DNA of 64,000 nucleotides. Origin: Squalus acanthias (Eukaryota). How positions within the stretch are numbered: position 1 is the stretch's first letter; the number at the start of each line of letters is the position of its first letter. The notes beneath the pieces are model-generated. The model had not been told where the DNA came from and did no database searches. It saw only the letters and a list, made by a program, of their open reading frames with translations. The position numbers and the translations under genes are program-made. The stretch is from NCBI GenBank assembly GCA_030390025.1, contig CM059431.1:116810001-116874000 (forward strand). The letters run 5' to 3'. Shown here piece by piece: positions 59,770-64,000 of this stretch.

Positions 59770-59937
59770 TAATGAGGATGGGATTTGGACCCACGCATGC
59801 AGAGCACAATGTGTAGCAGTCCATTGCCTTTTTTTTATTATTTGGATTTATTCAACAGTTAAAACATTTACAACATCGTGATCCTTCCATTGTATCGTAT
59901 AAATCCGTTCCGCCACTCTGCTCTCGGCCACCTCGTC
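59770..59937 (-). pseudogene. tRNA-Ser(GCT) pseudogene split by a ~90-bp insertion
   Basis: 5' GACGAGGTGGCCGAG (59937-59923) and 3' AAGGCAATGGACTGCTA..TTGTGCTCTGCATGCGTGGGTCCAAATCCCATCCTC (59830-59774) match vertebrate tRNA-Ser-GCT. Confidence 0.85.
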
Positions 59938-60419
59938 ACATTGTAGCGAGACTGAACCTTTTCAGTGACGCAAGGCCCTGTATTTCAGTCAGAACAAACT
60001 GCCTATGTGTTAATATTTCTTTTTTTTTTCGGTCTGCTTCATTGTTTTTACGTGTAAACAGTAAAAGTTACGAACCATGGTGCATTTTATAAATTAAATG
60101 GATGTAGTCCAGTAAGATTGTAATATTGAAAAACATAATTAACAGGCAATATTCAGAGCTGATAAAGCACAGCAGCTGTAATTAAAAAACATAGAGCTGA
60201 ACCCTGAAATGCAAATTACAGTTTGCTTCAAGAAAGGTGTGCGCTTCGAAAAGAGCCTCTGTACAATGGACACCAAATGATAGAAATCCCGGTCCATGAA
60301 ATTCATGTATTAACACATAATGATATATTCTTGTGTGCATTATTTTAATTTCTACTCTCAAGAGTACTGTCCTTGGTTTCACTGCCATGTATTTATGCTG
60401 CATTAATAAACTAACATAA

Positions 60420-60596
60420 CACGGGACTGGAATCGTGTGTGGGCCAGATCCAGGTAAGGATGGTAGGTTCCTTTCTCTGAACAGCATTAATACACCAGTT
60501 AGATTTTTACCAATCTGACAGCTTTCATAGCTGGTTCTAGACCATAAATTACTCGATTTATTAAATTCAAGTTTGCACAGTGGGATTTAAACTCAT
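60420..60596 (-). mobile_element. Old shark tRNA-derived SINE fragment, cut near its B box by a Harbinger
   Basis: ggccaga..ccaggtaaggatgg..ttcc and gtgggatttaaact motifs. Confidence 0.5.
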
Positions 60597-62804
60597 GGGC
60601 CGGAATTTTGTTTACCTGGGTGCGGGAGGTCACCGTGGCCAGTCGGGAACTCGTTCCCCATTTCATCCCGCTCCTCAGTGACTTTCCCTTAATGGCGCCT
60701 ATTAAGCCCGCCCTGCATGTTTCCCGGCCCTATTAAATGGTGCAGGTCTGATGACGTCATCGATGACTCATTTTCAGCTGGGATATTAAAAGGAGCTATG
60801 GCCACTTTGCATTTGAAGGTTCATCTAGGATTGTGCAGGCACTGTATTGGAGCATTTGAGTGTTGCTAAGCCTTGGAAACATGGCTACACAGAGACAGAG
60901 GGCTGCACCCAGGTTCTCAGATGACTCCGTCCCTATGCTTGTGGAGGGAGTGAGAGCAAGCAGGGAGGTCCTCTTCCCTTCTGATGGGCGGAAGAGACCT
61001 CCCCAGGAGACAAAACGAGCCTGGCTAGAGATAGCAGAGGAGGTCAACAGCAGGGATGTTGTCAGGAGGACCTGGGTGCAGTGCCAGAAACACTTCAATG
61101 ATCTCATTAGATCAGGAAAGGTGAGTGCAAAGCCACACTCAACTTCATCCTGCTGTACCTCTCATCACATCCCCATCACACTACCTTCCCAACCCTACTC
61201 CTGCACATCCTTACTCACACCAACATACCTTGCATGTCCACCGATCCCTCTCTCTCTAAGTACATACTCACATCCCCATCTTACTAACCATCCCTCACAC
61301 TCACCCTCATCCTAATACAATCATACCAACTAACAACACACAAGGAGGCCCTTTGTCATTGGCACCACTCTCCATCATAGTCACCCTCTACAGATGGAAC
61401 CCATCCATTCCTTGCATTCATTGCATCACTCTCACTCAGACTTCTCCTCTTTCCCTCCTTGCAGGAGAAGAGAGCCCACAATAAGAGGGAGAGGGAGAGA
61501 ATCAGAGGTGGCCCTCCATCATTGGTGACGTTAACTGCAGCAGAGGAGGCTGCCCTGAAAGTATCAGGAGTCGCAGAGCAGCTGGCAGTGGGAGACTGAG
61601 AGAGGGGAACATCTCAGCAACCTGGTGACAGAATTACATCTCATACAGTCAAATGGCATACAGCAGTCACTCATAAGGGGACTGATGTCAGCAGCCAGTG
61701 AATGTTCATCATGTGCATAATGGTATTGTTACCCATTCTTGATATGACATTTCTAAATCATCTCTTTACAGGTCCATCAAGAGCCCCCAAACTGTCCAGG
61801 AGGAAGAGGAAGACGACTCTTCAGAGGAGCCTTCTGTTTCTGACGGCGCACCATCAGCAGACATAAGTGCACCCAGCACCAATGCAGAGACACATACCTC
61901 GGTGGGTCCCATGCGAGATAGAGTAGTGTTGTCACCTGGTGTGTCACAAGTCACAAGTGAGCAAGAGGAGATGGTGGAGACAAGGACAGCAGTGGAGACT
62001 CCTGGCTGGAGGGTGCAGGACTCTCCCAGCTCTGCTCAGCTGCATGCAGACGCTGAGCCTCGGGGCCCATCCAGAAAGATGGTGATCCTGGAGGTGCAGC
62101 AAAAAGTGCAGGAGGGTTTGACAGGTTTTGCGACCACGATGTCAGCAAATGTTCAGAGAATGGAGGAGTCCATCTCCAACATGAGCACCACTGTGTCGCA
62201 GGCGATAGCAACTGTAGGCTCTTCCATGGAAAGGATGGCCACCTGCTTGGAGCAGCTAATGCACCACTCCCCTGTTGCATTCCCCTCAGTCAGAGCCCCA
62301 CATGCTTCCTGGGATCACGATGGCTGTGTCTGCTCCTGCACAGTCACAGGAGGAACAGACTTTGGCAGGTCCATCACAGGCTCCAAGACCCAGAGGATAT
62401 CCACCAAAAGGGTCTGTGCAGTTGCAGCAGGGACGTGAGCAGGCTGCCTCTACCTCTGCTAAAGCCACAGGGTTGCACCTCGTAGAAGGGTAAGCACTTG
62501 GGTGTTTAATTGCTGTTTGTGTTACGCTTCCGTTACTCTGATGTCATATATTAAACTATTGTTTTCACCACTTTCCAGTCATGGCCAATTTAGTCTGCAA
62601 CTTTGGAAGTGGCTTAGTGAGTTGGAGTGAATGGTGAGACATACATTACCTCCATAATGGTGGTCAGTGTGAAAGGAATGGCTTGGTCATTGTAGGGATG
62701 CTTTATGATGATGCTGTGGGGTAGTGCCAACCTGGCTTAGCATATGGCAGTCATATGGGTGTACTGCCTGAAATTAAGTAAATCTGGCAATGATGAGCCC
62801 ATCC
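60597..62804. mobile_element. Harbinger element (left part), interrupted by a young CR1
   Basis: TIR GGGCCGGAATTTTG; Myb gene; last transposase codons DGLIIARFT* on - strand at 62774-62803. Confidence 0.9.
60881..62493 (+). pseudogene. Three-exon Myb/SANT-like accessory gene
   Basis: Exons 60881-61120, 61465-61624, 61772-~62490; the first two exon sizes match the 41356 copy; stop in exon 2, frameshift in exon 3. Confidence 0.88.
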
Positions 62805-64000
62805 AGCGTCGACAGTGGGGGAGGAGGAGCCTTTCTTTCTTTCTCTCTCCCACAGAGCGGTCGGCAGCGGGGAAGGAGGGGCGGACCTGGTTGGAGCGGC
62901 AGAGGCCTGAGGTGAGTCATTAAAGGGAGGCCCGAGGCTCAGGTAGGCCTCAGACCAGCGTCGACAGCGGGGGAGGAGGAGCCTTTCTTTCTTTCTCTCT
63001 TCCACAGAGCGGTCGGCAGCGGGGAAGGAGGGGCGGACCTGGTTCGAGCGGCAGAGGCCTGAGGTGAGTCATTAAACTCACCTACGTGGCCTTTTTCCCC
63101 AGCGGGGAAAGAGCTTCGCGGGCTTTTTCAAAGGCAGGGGGCGGGGCCAATTCATTGGTACCCGTATATAGGTGGAGCGGTTGCTAAACCCGAGACACTA
63201 CACTAGTAGTGACTCCCACCCTCCCACCTCCTCTAACCTTTAGGGGTAGAGGGAATTTAAAAGGTATGTTCGATTTTATATTTTGTTTTCAGGGACTTAA
63301 CTCCTGGACCTAAGATAAATAAGTTTAAATTTTAGTAATAAAGTAACATAAGGGTTAAGTCATGACAGGAAGCCTCGGACCCGTTTCATGCTCCTCCTGT
63401 GCCATGTGGGAAACCAGGGACACTTCCAGTGTCCCTGACAACTACGTGTGCGGGAAGTGTGTCCAGCTGCAGCTCCTGACAGCCCGCATGGTGGTGCTGG
63501 AGCTGCGGGTGGACTCACTCTGGAGCATGCACGATGCCGAGAACTCGGTGAATCGCTCATTTAGTGAGTTGTCCACACCGCAGGTAAAGGCTAGGACAGA
63601 CAGTGAATGGGTGACCAAGAAGCAGGGCAATATCAGGAAGGTAGTGCAGGAGTCCCCTGTGGTCATCTCCCTCCAAAACAGGTATGCCGCTTTGGATACT
63701 GTTGGGGGAGATGGCCTACCAGGGGAAGGCACTAGCAGCCAGGTTCATGGCACCATGGCTGGCTCTGCTGCACAGCAGGGCGGGAAAAAGAGTGGCAGGG
63801 CTATAGTGATAGGGGACTCAATTGTAAGGGGAATAGACAGGAGTTTCTGTGGCCGCAACCGAGATTCCAGGATGGTATGTTGCCTCCCTGGTGCAAGGGT
63901 CAAGGATGTCTCGGAGCGGCTGCAGAACATTCTGAAGAGGGAGGGTGAACAGCCAGCTGTCGTGGTGCATGTAGGTACCAACGATATAGGTAAAAAGCGG
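62803..64000 (+). mobile_element. Young CR1 5' part (monomers, 5'UTR, ORF1), runs off the window
   Basis: Nearly identical to the reverse complement of ~37582-38780. Confidence 0.96.
63362..64000 (+). CDS. CR1 ORF1 (partial, open to the window end)
   Basis: MTGSLGPVSCSSCAMW...IVIGDS...HVGTND, as in the ORF starting at 38220. Confidence 0.9.
   Translation, partial: MTGSLGPVSCSSCAMWETRDTSSVPDNYVCGKCVQLQLLTARMVVLELRVDSLWSMHDAENSVNRSFSELSTPQVKARTDSEWVTKKQGNIRKVVQESPVVISLQNRYAALDTVGGDGLPGEGTSSQVHGTMAGSAAQQGGKKSGRAIVIGDSIVRGIDRSFCGRNRDSRMVCCLPGARVKDVSERLQNILKREGEQPAVVVHVGTNDIGKKR

Noticed and set aside
59872..59911. U6 snRNA fragment (ACGATACA..GAAG on - strand)
   Set aside because: Match too short and gapped

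Overview
Vertebrate non-genic (intergenic or intronic) DNA, very probably from a cartilaginous fish (shark). The evidence is an HE1-type V-SINE, SacSINE1-like Deu-domain SINEs and abundant CR1, CR1-Zenon-like and L2 LINEs. No host protein-coding gene is recognisable, and more than half of the window is nested transposable elements. Main contents: (1) a young full-length CR1 (34201-38940, -) with an intact 978-aa EN-RT ORF2, an esterase ORF1 and a 152-bp monomer 5'UTR, plus a near-identical sister copy starting at ~62803 (+); (2) four PIF/Harbinger elements with convergent transposase and spliced Myb/SANT genes, plus many Harbinger-type MITEs; (3) two solo LTRs (1709 bp with a 4-bp TSD, 382 bp with a 5-bp TSD); (4) a Penelope-derived palindrome with a minimal hammerhead-ribozyme motif on each strand; (5) a split tRNA-Ser(GCT) pseudogene; (6) an LF-SINE-like relic; (7) several largely TE-free AT-rich blocks that look like conserved non-coding elements. 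Family names come from motif recognition and memory, not database searches.
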